From a virus, in the IMG/VR virus record IMGVR_UViG_3300010160_002125, positions 3,352-67,351 of that record: a DNA stretch of 64,000 bases; one strand, given 5' to 3'. Made by a program: the position numbers and the translations under genes. The notes under the pieces are model-generated. The model was not told the origin of the DNA. It saw nothing but the letters and a program-made list of their open reading frames with translations, and did not search any database. Positions 18,411 through 28,329 of the stretch are shown here, one piece after another. Every line of letters begins with the position of its first letter. Position 1 is the first letter of the stretch.

Positions 18411-18676
18411 TGAGTTTAGAAAAAATAAAACAGCTTCGACCCGCAGAGCATATATACACAGACAGCACAAAAGGTGATACTGTACGTAAAACTATGAGCT
18501 GTATGGCACAGAATATAAACGAGATTTGGCCAATAGAAAAATACACTATTTTGGAAAAAGACAAGGACGGTTACTTTATTGTTGCCAATCCGCATCAGTT
18601 AATTTTTCCATTGATCAAAGCAGTACAAGAATTATCTGAGGAAATTGAAAGGTTAAAAAATGAAAGAACTAAGTGA
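18410..18676 (+). CDS. stand-alone C-terminal part of a peptidase S74 / intramolecular chaperone domain
   Basis: LEKIKQLRP...MAQNINEIWP...DGY...LIFPLIKAVQELSEEIERLK matches the S74 body and its terminal coiled coil. Confidence 0.8.
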   Translation: MSLEKIKQLRPAEHIYTDSTKGDTVRKTMSCMAQNINEIWPIEKYTILEKDKDGYFIVANPHQLIFPLIKAVQELSEEIERLKNERTK

Positions 18677-19070
18677 ATATAAAGAAGTTGAAGGTATTCC
18701 AGCTAGCACTTATGCGGGCAAAGCAGCCAAGGCAGTTAAAACTAAAGCTCGCGGAATCCTAGGAGACGATTTATTAATTTTTAAATTAATAGATTTTGTT
18801 TCTTTTATGTTGCTTAATAATAAGTTTGCCAACAAAGGGATTTTTATCACCGATGATAACAAAGAAGAGTGTTATATCAAAATAATTGAAGCAGGCGACG
18901 AATCTTTAATTACAGACCTTGAAAGATATATTTCTTTAAAAGATGATATTAAAGCTATCGAGGCTAATAAAGCAGAGTACCAGGAAATTATCAAAAAATT
19001 GCAATTACTGCCTGATCAAAACGACGAAAATGCTGTAAATAAGATAGTAGAAGACTATCTAAGGAGATAA
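18660..19070 (+). CDS. hypothetical protein (possible assembly accessory)
   Basis: 136-aa helical ORF overlapping the chaperone gene. Confidence 0.7.
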   Translation: MKELSEYKEVEGIPASTYAGKAAKAVKTKARGILGDDLLIFKLIDFVSFMLLNNKFANKGIFITDDNKEECYIKIIEAGDESLITDLERYISLKDDIKAIEANKAEYQEIIKKLQLLPDQNDENAVNKIVEDYLRR

Positions 19071-19071
19071 T

Positions 19072-20130
19072 ATGTTAGTAATTTTAAGTGGTGTAGAAAC
19101 CATACACAAGAAATTTTTTGCAAGGAAAATAGTTTCGACTTTAAATAAGTTCACTATTGACGGGTACGATGTTGATTTCAGCGTTGAACCATTTAAAGTT
19201 ACAGATGCTAACGGGAAAATAGTTTACTGCATGGCTCACGGCGAGCAGCCAGCAACTAACGAGTTATTAGTTGATCTAGATAATGACGGAGTAATTGACC
19301 CAGAAGGCAATGCAACGTTTGAAAAAATTATAGAGTTAAGCGATAAATTATTTTTAGATGGGGGCCGAGATAATCACTTTTACGGTATGTTTATTAATAT
19401 AGCCTATGATCTTGGTCTAAGAGACACTTTGACTTTTTTAGAAACTGCTGATCCAAATATCCCAACACTTCTACATCCCCATACCTACAACGATGTTTTA
19501 GAAAACTATAGAAATAGAATAGGTTCTACACATGTTATCACTGGCATTTTTTCTAAAGGATTTATTGACAGAATTAAAAATGACATTGGCGCAGAAAATG
19601 TAATTGCATTAAACATAATACGTAATCCGTCTGTATGCTGTTTACTACATGAAAAAAGTGCAGATTATTATGCAAATCCTGAGAAAGACATAACTCCTGA
19701 AATAGATGCAACAAAATTAAGACAGTCGTTAGTTAACGCTGTCATTTTATCAAAATCTTCAGATGTTATTACCCTTAAATTTGAAGACATTATTCGCGAA
19801 GGAAAATTTAGACTTAACGGAGTTGACATTGAAGTGCCGTTTGGGTATACACCATATCTTGATTGGTTGACAGCATGGGAAAAAGACAACGTAATTCCTC
19901 TAAAAATTGTATCAGAAGAAACATTAGATGCGTTCAATGCAGAGTTTCAAAACTTTGCGTCTGGAAAAAGTGCTGAACTGACTGAAGAAGATGCAAGTTT
20001 AAATAATGCTTTTAGAGCTGACCCAATATCTTTGGATGAGCTTAAAACACTATATGTTGAAAAAATGCCAGAAAATCTGTTTGATGCATTAGGTTATGAT
20101 TCATTGACTATTGAAGAGATAACAGAATAA
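19072..20130 (+). CDS. sulfotransferase-like P-loop protein
   Basis: IIRNP and LKFED motifs; paralogue of the next gene. Confidence 0.55.
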   Translation: MLVILSGVETIHKKFFARKIVSTLNKFTIDGYDVDFSVEPFKVTDANGKIVYCMAHGEQPATNELLVDLDNDGVIDPEGNATFEKIIELSDKLFLDGGRDNHFYGMFINIAYDLGLRDTLTFLETADPNIPTLLHPHTYNDVLENYRNRIGSTHVITGIFSKGFIDRIKNDIGAENVIALNIIRNPSVCCLLHEKSADYYANPEKDITPEIDATKLRQSLVNAVILSKSSDVITLKFEDIIREGKFRLNGVDIEVPFGYTPYLDWLTAWEKDNVIPLKIVSEETLDAFNAEFQNFASGKSAELTEEDASLNNAFRADPISLDELKTLYVEKMPENLFDALGYDSLTIEEITE

Positions 20131-20136
20131 AACATA

Positions 20137-20949
20137 ATGCTTGTTATTTTAAGTTGTGCTGAAACTTTTAAAAAAACAAACTTATCGGCCATAATACATT
20201 CAGCACTAAACAATCTAACTAGTGATCAACTCACCTTAGATTCTTTTTATCAAAATCAATTAGATCTTGCTGAACAATTTAATTATAGAATGTTGTTCAG
20301 AGCATTACCATTTGATTTTGGTGTAGAAAGTCAAGTGCGATTTCCTGAAGGCGGTAATTACGCTAAGTTTTTAAAAGACTATCATAACAGAAGTCATCCA
20401 TACCATGTAATTTGCGGAAGTTTTTCTAAGATATTTTGTGATATGGCTAGGAACGATATACCCAATACCGAAGTAGTTAACATAACTAGACACCCATCTA
20501 CAGCATATGTTTTAGATACAATAGCATATGATTCTTTAGCCCCTTATAATACTAATATGGGATTAAAGTTGTTTAAGAAACGATTCAATTCGTCTATACT
20601 ACAACAAATTAATTTAAAGAACTATGTTCGAACTATCAAGTTTGAAGATATGATAGCCTCTCAATCAATTAGAGTATTTGGTCAATTGATTAATCTAACA
20701 GATTTTTATAAATCATACAACCAATGGTTAACTGTGAAAGAGTACACAGAACTAATCCCACAATATAAATTAACCGATGAAGATCTTGATAAATTTAATC
20801 AAGCATACTTGCGATTTAATGAAACATGGCCAAACGGTCGTGATGATATGATAGCAGAAATAATACCAAAACTACCTCAAAATATTTTTAGTGAGTTAGG
20901 CTACACTAGTCTAACTTACGAGGAAATTTTAAATGACAACCATACTTAA
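20137..20949 (+). CDS. sulfotransferase-like P-loop protein (paralogue)
   Basis: MLVILS.. start, ITRHP, IKFED and LGY..LT.EEI shared with 19072..20130. Confidence 0.55.
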   Translation: MLVILSCAETFKKTNLSAIIHSALNNLTSDQLTLDSFYQNQLDLAEQFNYRMLFRALPFDFGVESQVRFPEGGNYAKFLKDYHNRSHPYHVICGSFSKIFCDMARNDIPNTEVVNITRHPSTAYVLDTIAYDSLAPYNTNMGLKLFKKRFNSSILQQINLKNYVRTIKFEDMIASQSIRVFGQLINLTDFYKSYNQWLTVKEYTELIPQYKLTDEDLDKFNQAYLRFNETWPNGRDDMIAEIIPKLPQNIFSELGYTSLTYEEILNDNHT

Positions 20950-21856
20950 TACCAAACAATACGATCTAGTGTTTGCCACATCATTTGAAACAGTACACGG
21001 AGTCACCGGCCATGTATTTGAAATGATTGAATACTGTTTTATGTGTAGACGCAACGGTATTAATGCGGCTATAGCTTTATTAGACGGTACAGATATTAGT
21101 CTAGTAATAGGACTACTAACTTCAAAGTATAATTTTAATCAAGAAGAAGTTGCAGACCTAACAGCAAATATAATAGTGTTTACACACCCTAAAATTATAT
21201 TAGCCAACAATTTTTGCATAGTTGACGGTTCACCTCGAGTCAATGGCTGTACCATTTACGCAGACAATGTATTTTTATTAAGATGCTACGACGGAGAACT
21301 AGATTTCTTTTCTAACAATAAGTCTATTAAACGTACTCATCTACTTCAAGATTTTTCAATGTACCCTGAACGATACGAGCATTTAAACATTGAAGTAATC
21401 GACTATAATAAAAAATTACTATGGGATAGGTATCATAAACCTAAGACAGTTAAAACTAATACAGCTATGTTTTATATGATGAATAGATGTAAAGCAAGAC
21501 CTGTTGATGAAGTTGCAGGGTATATTGCTAAACACACATTTGACCATTATCTTATAATAACAGATATTCCAGAACGATATCAAAGTTTAAAATCTAATCA
21601 AGTATCAATTGAAGTTGTGCCAGTTGACAATTTATTTGAAAAGTTTGACACATACATTTATACTCCAGTGACCAAAGTAGATTGCAGTCCTAGATTTATG
21701 GTTGAGTGTGCGGCATTTGGTAAAGATATCATTTACGAAATTGACTATTTAGATCCTGGAATTTTAGCAAGACAACGAGGAATAGAAGCCGGAGTAGAAA
21801 CGCTGTTGTTAAAAGATAATGACCCCTTCATCAAATACGTAAATAGATGTCTATGA
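20933..21856 (+). CDS. hypothetical protein, glycosyltransferase-like
   Basis: C-terminal FDTYIYTP...SPRFMVECAAFGK resembles the GT-B donor-binding region. Confidence 0.5.
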   Translation: MTTILNTKQYDLVFATSFETVHGVTGHVFEMIEYCFMCRRNGINAAIALLDGTDISLVIGLLTSKYNFNQEEVADLTANIIVFTHPKIILANNFCIVDGSPRVNGCTIYADNVFLLRCYDGELDFFSNNKSIKRTHLLQDFSMYPERYEHLNIEVIDYNKKLLWDRYHKPKTVKTNTAMFYMMNRCKARPVDEVAGYIAKHTFDHYLIITDIPERYQSLKSNQVSIEVVPVDNLFEKFDTYIYTPVTKVDCSPRFMVECAAFGKDIIYEIDYLDPGILARQRGIEAGVETLLLKDNDPFIKYVNRCL

Positions 21857-22929
21857 GTCAAACAATAATTCCCCGTCCAAGAAATAACGCCCTTAATGAA
21901 ATGAGCGTTCAGGGCATCGTGATGGATACAATTACACCGCAATGTAATCGAGCCAAACTTAACACAGGTACATTTTGCAACTATGACTGTGAGTTTTGCT
22001 ATTATACAGATCTTCTGGATGTAAAAACTCCGTTTGAAGTAGTCAAAGAGCGAGCAGACTATCTTAGAGATTACGGCATTACCGAAGTAGATCTAAGCGG
22101 CGGCGAAAGCTCTGTTAGTCCAGATTGGTTTAGAATATTAGACTATTGCAATGAAAACTTTGAGCATGTTAGTTGTCTTAGCCACGGCGGCCGTTTTAGT
22201 AATATAGAATTTTTAAAAGAAAGTCAAGACCACGGCTTGAAAGAAATACTGTTTAGTCTGCACGGTGCTACTAGTGAAGCGCACGACACAATCACACGCC
22301 GCAAGGGATCTTTTAACAGAATAGTCCAAGCTATTAAAAATGCCAAAGAATTAGGCATCGTTGTTAGAATTAATTCTACTGTCTATTACAAAAATTATTT
22401 CCAGTTGGCCAATGAATATGCTGATCTAATCAATGAACTTAATCCCTTAGAAGTAAACTTTATCACACTAAATTATTGGGAAGGCGTCAGGATTGAAAAA
22501 GAAAATGTCACCTATGCAGACATGACTGAACAAATAAAACGGTGTATAGATCGTTTGAATAAAAAAATAGTGATTAATGTTCGATTTGTGCCTTACTGTT
22601 ATATGGAAGGCTATGAGAAGTATGTGTGCGATCAGTATCAGCACATTTATGATCCGTGGGACTGGAATAGGGCAATGTTAACAGACGAGTTTGATCCCGA
22701 CATAGACACTACAAAAACTTATTCAGAAGAAGAAAAACTAGCGTTTGCTCATAAACAATGTGCCAGTCATAGGAATAGATTTTATAGAAAAGAGTTGAGT
22801 TGTTTAAAATGCAAGTATTTTTATATATGCGATGGCATTGAAAATGAAATAGCAGGTACTCCAGTTTATCCAGTTGACGGAGAAAAGATCAAAGAAGTTA
22901 CTTTCTTTAGAAAAGATCATTTCAAATGA
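21847..22929 (+). CDS. radical SAM protein with C-terminal CxxC...C cluster
   Basis: CNYDCEFC, LSGGE, PYC, CLKCKYFYICDG. Confidence 0.92.
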   Translation: MSMSQTIIPRPRNNALNEMSVQGIVMDTITPQCNRAKLNTGTFCNYDCEFCYYTDLLDVKTPFEVVKERADYLRDYGITEVDLSGGESSVSPDWFRILDYCNENFEHVSCLSHGGRFSNIEFLKESQDHGLKEILFSLHGATSEAHDTITRRKGSFNRIVQAIKNAKELGIVVRINSTVYYKNYFQLANEYADLINELNPLEVNFITLNYWEGVRIEKENVTYADMTEQIKRCIDRLNKKIVINVRFVPYCYMEGYEKYVCDQYQHIYDPWDWNRAMLTDEFDPDIDTTKTYSEEEKLAFAHKQCASHRNRFYRKELSCLKCKYFYICDGIENEIAGTPVYPVDGEKIKEVTFFRKDHFK

Positions 22930-23615
22930 AACTGTCTATACTAATACTAACACACAATCGTCCAAAATTATTTAACCGTTGCTTAGAAAGTGTATTAGAT
23001 CAAATAACTCCAGACATAGAAATTCTTGTCAACAATGACAGTTGTGATATTGAAGAAATTGTTCATCCACAGGTAAAATACTATTACCATAATCCAAACA
23101 GTCTATGTGAAATATATAAATTTTTATTAGAGTTAGCACAAGGAGAATATGTTTATTATCTAGAAGATGATGACTATTTGACTAAAGATTTCCTATCAAT
23201 CAATTTGGATGCAGATTTAATTACAGGTAACTATTACCCTACTTATAAAACAACTGATATACTAATCAGCATGACCATGTACAAAGATGCACACATGAAT
23301 AGCCAACAGTTTATAGCTAATCTTAACACTGAAAATCTACAACTATCTCAGCACATATACAAACGTAGTCATATAGAAGATTTTGATTTTCCAATGGATA
23401 GTAACATACACAATGATATTAGATTAACACTACACGCGGCCTCAAAAGCTAAAACTATACATACTTTGAATAAAGTATTCTTTTATCAAACTACTGACGG
23501 TAGAGACAATATTTCTTTTCCTGAGTCAATCAGCAGGGTAAATATAACGAAATCCCTAAACTTTTTGGAAAACTATGAAATATTCGGTACAACACCACGT
23601 ACAACAAGATCCTGA
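22926..23615 (+). CDS. glycosyltransferase family 2
   Basis: SILILTHNR, ILVNND, GEYVYYLEDDD. Confidence 0.88.
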   Translation: MKLSILILTHNRPKLFNRCLESVLDQITPDIEILVNNDSCDIEEIVHPQVKYYYHNPNSLCEIYKFLLELAQGEYVYYLEDDDYLTKDFLSINLDADLITGNYYPTYKTTDILISMTMYKDAHMNSQQFIANLNTENLQLSQHIYKRSHIEDFDFPMDSNIHNDIRLTLHAASKAKTIHTLNKVFFYQTTDGRDNISFPESISRVNITKSLNFLENYEIFGTTPRTTRS

Positions 23616-24474
23616 TCACATCAATGTGCATTGGGATACTCTTACCATTTGTCAGCTTAACTGTACCTATTGTTATGCTAGGAATACCTACGGTAAAGAA
23701 TGGGGTAAACTATCAAGCAAAGAAACTATTGACGGAGTAATTGAAGCACTTAATAGAAGTAGCTTGCCGTTCAATTTGGGACTGTTAGGTGGCGAACCCA
23801 CCCTTGGCCCGCACTATTATTATGTGCTTGATGAAATATCTAAATTAGAAAAGTTTAAATGGGTATATGTTGTTACCAATGCCGAGAAAGACTTTACTAG
23901 CCATCCTCACTACGATAAAGTAGCATTTCTTTTTAGTTATCATCCGGCAGATTGCACAAACAGAGATCGATTTGTTGACAATATGAAACTGATGATCAGT
24001 CGAGGATACCCTTGCAAAATAAATGTAATACTGCACCACGGCAAACAGTATTGGCCGCTGATCAAAGAAATGTTTGATATTTGTGCCAACATACCAGGAC
24101 TGAAAGTACATCCGCATTTCTTATACGGCAACAAAATGGACAAGTTGTTTAACTACCGAAAAGACTTTTGGGAATATTTTAGCTTCCTAAAAGACTTTGA
24201 AAGAGATCTTCAGTACGATGACGATGTGTTCAATGACTATGAAGTCTACAGCCAAAAGCTAACTGACTTTTACGGTTGGGATTGTTATAACAATAACTAC
24301 GAAGTTGATGTTCGTGGCAATGTAGTACAGTTCTGCATGAATGAACTAGGCGGCATAAGTTTATTAAAAGATCCTGATTTCTTTAAACGATTAGAAAAAA
24401 CTGTCCCTATTACTTGTCCTCATAAACAATGTAACTGCGACGGGCTATTAAAACAGTTAAAGGTTAAAAAATGA
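23575..24474 (+). CDS. radical SAM protein
   Basis: CQLNCTYC, LGGEPT, C-terminal C...C...CPHKQCNC. Confidence 0.9.
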   Translation: MKYSVQHHVQQDPDHINVHWDTLTICQLNCTYCYARNTYGKEWGKLSSKETIDGVIEALNRSSLPFNLGLLGGEPTLGPHYYYVLDEISKLEKFKWVYVVTNAEKDFTSHPHYDKVAFLFSYHPADCTNRDRFVDNMKLMISRGYPCKINVILHHGKQYWPLIKEMFDICANIPGLKVHPHFLYGNKMDKLFNYRKDFWEYFSFLKDFERDLQYDDDVFNDYEVYSQKLTDFYGWDCYNNNYEVDVRGNVVQFCMNELGGISLLKDPDFFKRLEKTVPITCPHKQCNCDGLLKQLKVKK

Positions 24475-25220
24475 AAGTAGAATGGGAAATAACTTTAAAA
24501 TGTAATTACAGTTGTTTCTATTGTACTAACCTTGACCAGACTTTGAATGTAGTTATGGACAAAGATATTATTAGGGCGTTTATTAAAGATTTAGGAGAAA
24601 CATACCCCGGAGTTGAAATATTTGTATTTGGTGGAGAACCATTTATACATCCGCACATCGAATTTATTATTGAATGCTTTAATGAATTTTCAGTACCGTT
24701 TGTAATACAAACAAACTTTAGTAAAAAATCAGTAGCTGTAATGAAAAGAATCACTGAAAAATTTACCATACAAATATCTATACATCCTACAGAAGTTAGA
24801 TTAGACCAGTTAGATGAGTTATTTAAAACACAAGCAAATATACGAGTAATTGATGTAATGTATACAGGCAAAGAAGCTATACAATATTATTTTAAAGTCA
24901 AAGAACTTGTAGAGTGTGATCATTTGTTCCTAACACCAATTACTGACTTTGGTGATGGCAAGTCAAATGATATACTAAAAGAATATACTAACCTACGATT
25001 AAATTCTCCCTATTCTAAATTTATTAACTTTGAAGATATTGTAAGACAAGGCGAACAAAGGTCTATTGTTTGGTTAAATGATAAGTTTAGCCCTAGAGGC
25101 AAACCTTGTTTGTACAATGGAACTTATTTTTTATATGGGCCAAACTTAGAACTTTATAACTGTTGCTATAGAGTAAAACATAATGGCATATGCGAGCACG
25201 ATAAATGTTTCCTGATGTAG
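24471..25220 (+). CDS. radical SAM protein
   Basis: CNYSCFYC, FGGEP, C-terminal C..CC..C..C. Confidence 0.9.
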   Translation: MKVEWEITLKCNYSCFYCTNLDQTLNVVMDKDIIRAFIKDLGETYPGVEIFVFGGEPFIHPHIEFIIECFNEFSVPFVIQTNFSKKSVAVMKRITEKFTIQISIHPTEVRLDQLDELFKTQANIRVIDVMYTGKEAIQYYFKVKELVECDHLFLTPITDFGDGKSNDILKEYTNLRLNSPYSKFINFEDIVRQGEQRSIVWLNDKFSPRGKPCLYNGTYFLYGPNLELYNCCYRVKHNGICEHDKCFLM

Positions 25221-25657
25221 ACATACAAAAACGTTTGATAGCATATTATCAAACAACTACCAATCAATCTGCTAACACAGTATTGGCATATATCAAGCTG
25301 AATAGACGTGTAGTAGACATGCATTTAGGTAGGCATACATTAAAAGAAATGATGTTAAATTATAGAACATTATATAATCCAAAAAAGAAAGATAAGATTG
25401 TATCAGATTTTAAAAAATATATAATAGACAAAGAAACACATCATAAAAGTGATTTAGCAATAGCTTTTAACATTATTAAACATGTGAATCTTACCGCTAA
25501 TGAAGAAGAACAAATTATTAATTTTATGTTTGATCGATTGCAATCAAGTTTAAAAAATACTAATTTATCAAAAGCAGAAAGCGTTTATTTTTTTAAAAAA
25601 CAATTGATTATGGAGTACGTTGAAACAAACGTTATAACTAGGAAAATTAAAACATGA
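25205..25657 (+). CDS. hypothetical protein
   Basis: 150-aa coupled ORF. Confidence 0.65.
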   Translation: MFPDVDIQKRLIAYYQTTTNQSANTVLAYIKLNRRVVDMHLGRHTLKEMMLNYRTLYNPKKKDKIVSDFKKYIIDKETHHKSDLAIAFNIIKHVNLTANEEEQIINFMFDRLQSSLKNTNLSKAESVYFFKKQLIMEYVETNVITRKIKT

Positions 25658-26460
25658 GATACTTACTAGCAGGTGCATTTTCTAGATCAATAGCACTGAT
25701 AAAATTTTTAGGTCAATATAACGGAACAGCCGAGCTTGTTGTCTATGACGGTATAAACAAATGTAGATGGAATGGCGGACGAATTAATAGAGACATCGGA
25801 TACACTGATGGCCTAATTAATTATTATTACAGTAAGGGAATAAAAATTGCCCTTACTATGACCAATCATAAGATTAACTTAGATGATGAAACAGGTAATC
25901 ACCTCCTTGAGAAATTTCATAAAGAAGGAAACTGTATCATATTAATTAATGACGAACTTAGAGCTTATATTCGAAAAAACTTTCCCAAGTACAAATTAAT
26001 ATTCAGTATTACAGGAATGGGTCTATTAAACATTCCCTTACAAGACAGCGATATTGCTTTTTATAAAGATTTAGAAAGCAAGTATGATTGGATAGTTCCT
26101 AGATTTGAACACATTTTTGATCCTCGAGCAGTTGAACTTGATCGAACCAAATGGGAAGTAATGGTCAACGATACTTGCGTATGGGGATGTAAATATTTTG
26201 ACGAACATTTTAAAGCTATCGCAGATGAAAATACCGCGGGCAGGCCGTATAGTGTAGAAGTAGAAGAATGTTGGCTTCCAAAATTCAATCCGGATATTCC
26301 TAGCAAATATAACTGTATGGATATTGATGAAGAGCATCTTAATAAACTAATGGGCCTTGGTGTACAAAGTTTTAAAATCACTGGCAGAGAGATGAAAGAC
26401 GATCAATATTTTGTAGAATTATTTAGATATGTAAAAGAACGCCATCATGCAGTTGTATAA
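25654..26460 (+). CDS. peptidase U32-like (Fe-S) protein
   Basis: EVMVNDTCVWGC...H...C and FKITGR motifs. Confidence 0.65.
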   Translation: MRYLLAGAFSRSIALIKFLGQYNGTAELVVYDGINKCRWNGGRINRDIGYTDGLINYYYSKGIKIALTMTNHKINLDDETGNHLLEKFHKEGNCIILINDELRAYIRKNFPKYKLIFSITGMGLLNIPLQDSDIAFYKDLESKYDWIVPRFEHIFDPRAVELDRTKWEVMVNDTCVWGCKYFDEHFKAIADENTAGRPYSVEVEECWLPKFNPDIPSKYNCMDIDEEHLNKLMGLGVQSFKITGREMKDDQYFVELFRYVKERHHAVV

Positions 26461-27286
26461 CGTTAACACAGTAGAGTATCTACAGAGTACAGAATTTAAA
26501 AATATTGTAACTTTTATAAACAATATTAGGAACCAGCGTGAAATTAATTTATTAACTAGGCATCCAAGTTTTCAAGTCAACCCTCGTTGCCAAAAGGATC
26601 AAGACATCAGTTTTTCTTTTGTTGAAAGAAATACTCCGTTTTTTGACATGCCCTGCGAAACTCTACTGCATAAAGACGGCAATGGTTGGATTGATATTAT
26701 TGAATGGCATTACCATCTCAACTGTTTTCATAAAGGCATGTATCATAGATTAGAATGGAGTAAACTTCCTAATCATAATCTGGATAAGTTCCTACATGAA
26801 ATCTATCAAGATTGGATCTCTAATACAGACTTTCAACAATTAATGATACAATCAGAAGAAGCATTTAACTTATATGATTTATTAGATTATCATAAGAATT
26901 TTATATACAATGAAAATTTTGAACCTATCAGTTTAGATGATGTTAGAGAATTGTTTGATGCATTGGTTGCTGAGGGTGTATTTTTAAATAAAGACGGCGA
27001 CCTTTATCAAATCTATGAAAATTTAACGATTGAACAAGCTAACACCAATGTCAAGCGCAAATACTATAATGGACAAATAAACAAAATTGACGAGCTACAT
27101 ATCCGCTCAACTTTTACAGTTAAAACTTTACCAATTCTACAAAAATTAACAACTAAACTTAACTTTGTTCCAAACAACATCAACGGATTTAGTGGTATTT
27201 GGCTAGTACAAAAACTTGCAGGACAGATTTGTTTTGTACCTCAAAATCTTGTATTTTATAATAAAAGAGTGTATAATCAACTATGA
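26447..27286 (+). CDS. hypothetical protein
   Basis: 279-aa ORF within the operon. Confidence 0.7.
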   Translation: MQLYNVNTVEYLQSTEFKNIVTFINNIRNQREINLLTRHPSFQVNPRCQKDQDISFSFVERNTPFFDMPCETLLHKDGNGWIDIIEWHYHLNCFHKGMYHRLEWSKLPNHNLDKFLHEIYQDWISNTDFQQLMIQSEEAFNLYDLLDYHKNFIYNENFEPISLDDVRELFDALVAEGVFLNKDGDLYQIYENLTIEQANTNVKRKYYNGQINKIDELHIRSTFTVKTLPILQKLTTKLNFVPNNINGFSGIWLVQKLAGQICFVPQNLVFYNKRVYNQL

Positions 27287-28329
27287 TCCCAATTAAGATT
27301 ATAGGTAACACTTACTTACAAACAGCAGGCAGTATACAACCAACAGATGTATACGAAGCTATCAATTTGAATAAAAGTGGCGGCAAAGATGTCAATTACC
27401 AAGTGACATTTAGAATCACCGAAGCCTGCGATCTTCATTGCAGTTACTGCCACTGGAACGGAGGAAAACATTATTCCTATTCAGATATTACAGCAAGCCT
27501 CGATCGATTATTTGAATTTTTTCAAAAACATAGATTTAAAAGTGTAGTTTTTTATTATCACGGCGGCGAAGCAACTCGTCACCCTAGAGTTGTAGATGTA
27601 CTAAAGTATATTAAAGAAAAAAGCAAAGAAACTGGTATAATTGCCTACAACGAGATGCAGACTAATTTAACTGTATCAGTTGATAGATTAAAAGCAATCT
27701 TAGAGTATTGTGACCAGTTGGATGTTACTTTTCATTATTTAGAATTAAGAAATCGAAGCTATAAACTAAAAGCCTTTTTAAAAAATTGGAAACATTTAGT
27801 AGACACTAACTATCAAATACACAATTTTGATGTAATGCTTGAGTTTATCCCTCAAGAGTATCTACCGGAGTTTTATAATCACGTAGAAGAGTTTTTGACA
27901 TATAACAATATCATCAATTCGGAAATGGTCTATCGCTTTGGATATGCCTATGCATATAATGAAGAAACTGACAAACAACATTTAGAGTTTTATAAAAAAC
28001 ATAATAAGACAGAACAGTCTTATAATATAGATGGCAAAATCTACAGTACAAATGATCTATTCAAAGACGGGGTAAATTGTTTAAACTGGCAGTGCGCGGC
28101 AGGAACAGAAACTATAACTATTAACGGCGACGGTAATGTGTTTAATTGCGGAATACATATGACAGGATACATAAGAAAGTTCCCAGAAATTCCATATACT
28201 AATCTAATAACTGATCCAATAGCACTTAGTAAAATGTCAGTGCTATATAAAACTGGAACACGATGCAAGTGGGATTATTGTGGCGGCGACTTTTATCTTT
28301 CAAGGACTAAACCAAATGACAATAATTAA
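27283..28329 (+). CDS. radical SAM protein with twitch/SPASM-like tail
   Basis: CDLHCSYC, HGGE, CAAG...GNVFNC...CKWDYC. Confidence 0.9.
   Translation: MIPIKIIGNTYLQTAGSIQPTDVYEAINLNKSGGKDVNYQVTFRITEACDLHCSYCHWNGGKHYSYSDITASLDRLFEFFQKHRFKSVVFYYHGGEATRHPRVVDVLKYIKEKSKETGIIAYNEMQTNLTVSVDRLKAILEYCDQLDVTFHYLELRNRSYKLKAFLKNWKHLVDTNYQIHNFDVMLEFIPQEYLPEFYNHVEEFLTYNNIINSEMVYRFGYAYAYNEETDKQHLEFYKKHNKTEQSYNIDGKIYSTNDLFKDGVNCLNWQCAAGTETITINGDGNVFNCGIHMTGYIRKFPEIPYTNLITDPIALSKMSVLYKTGTRCKWDYCGGDFYLSRTKPNDNN

Noticed and set aside
18395-18412. Programmed -1 frameshift fusing protein 4 to the S74 body
   Set aside because: The frames are compatible, but there is no slippery heptamer and it would not explain the identical truncation in genes 1-3; not fully excluded
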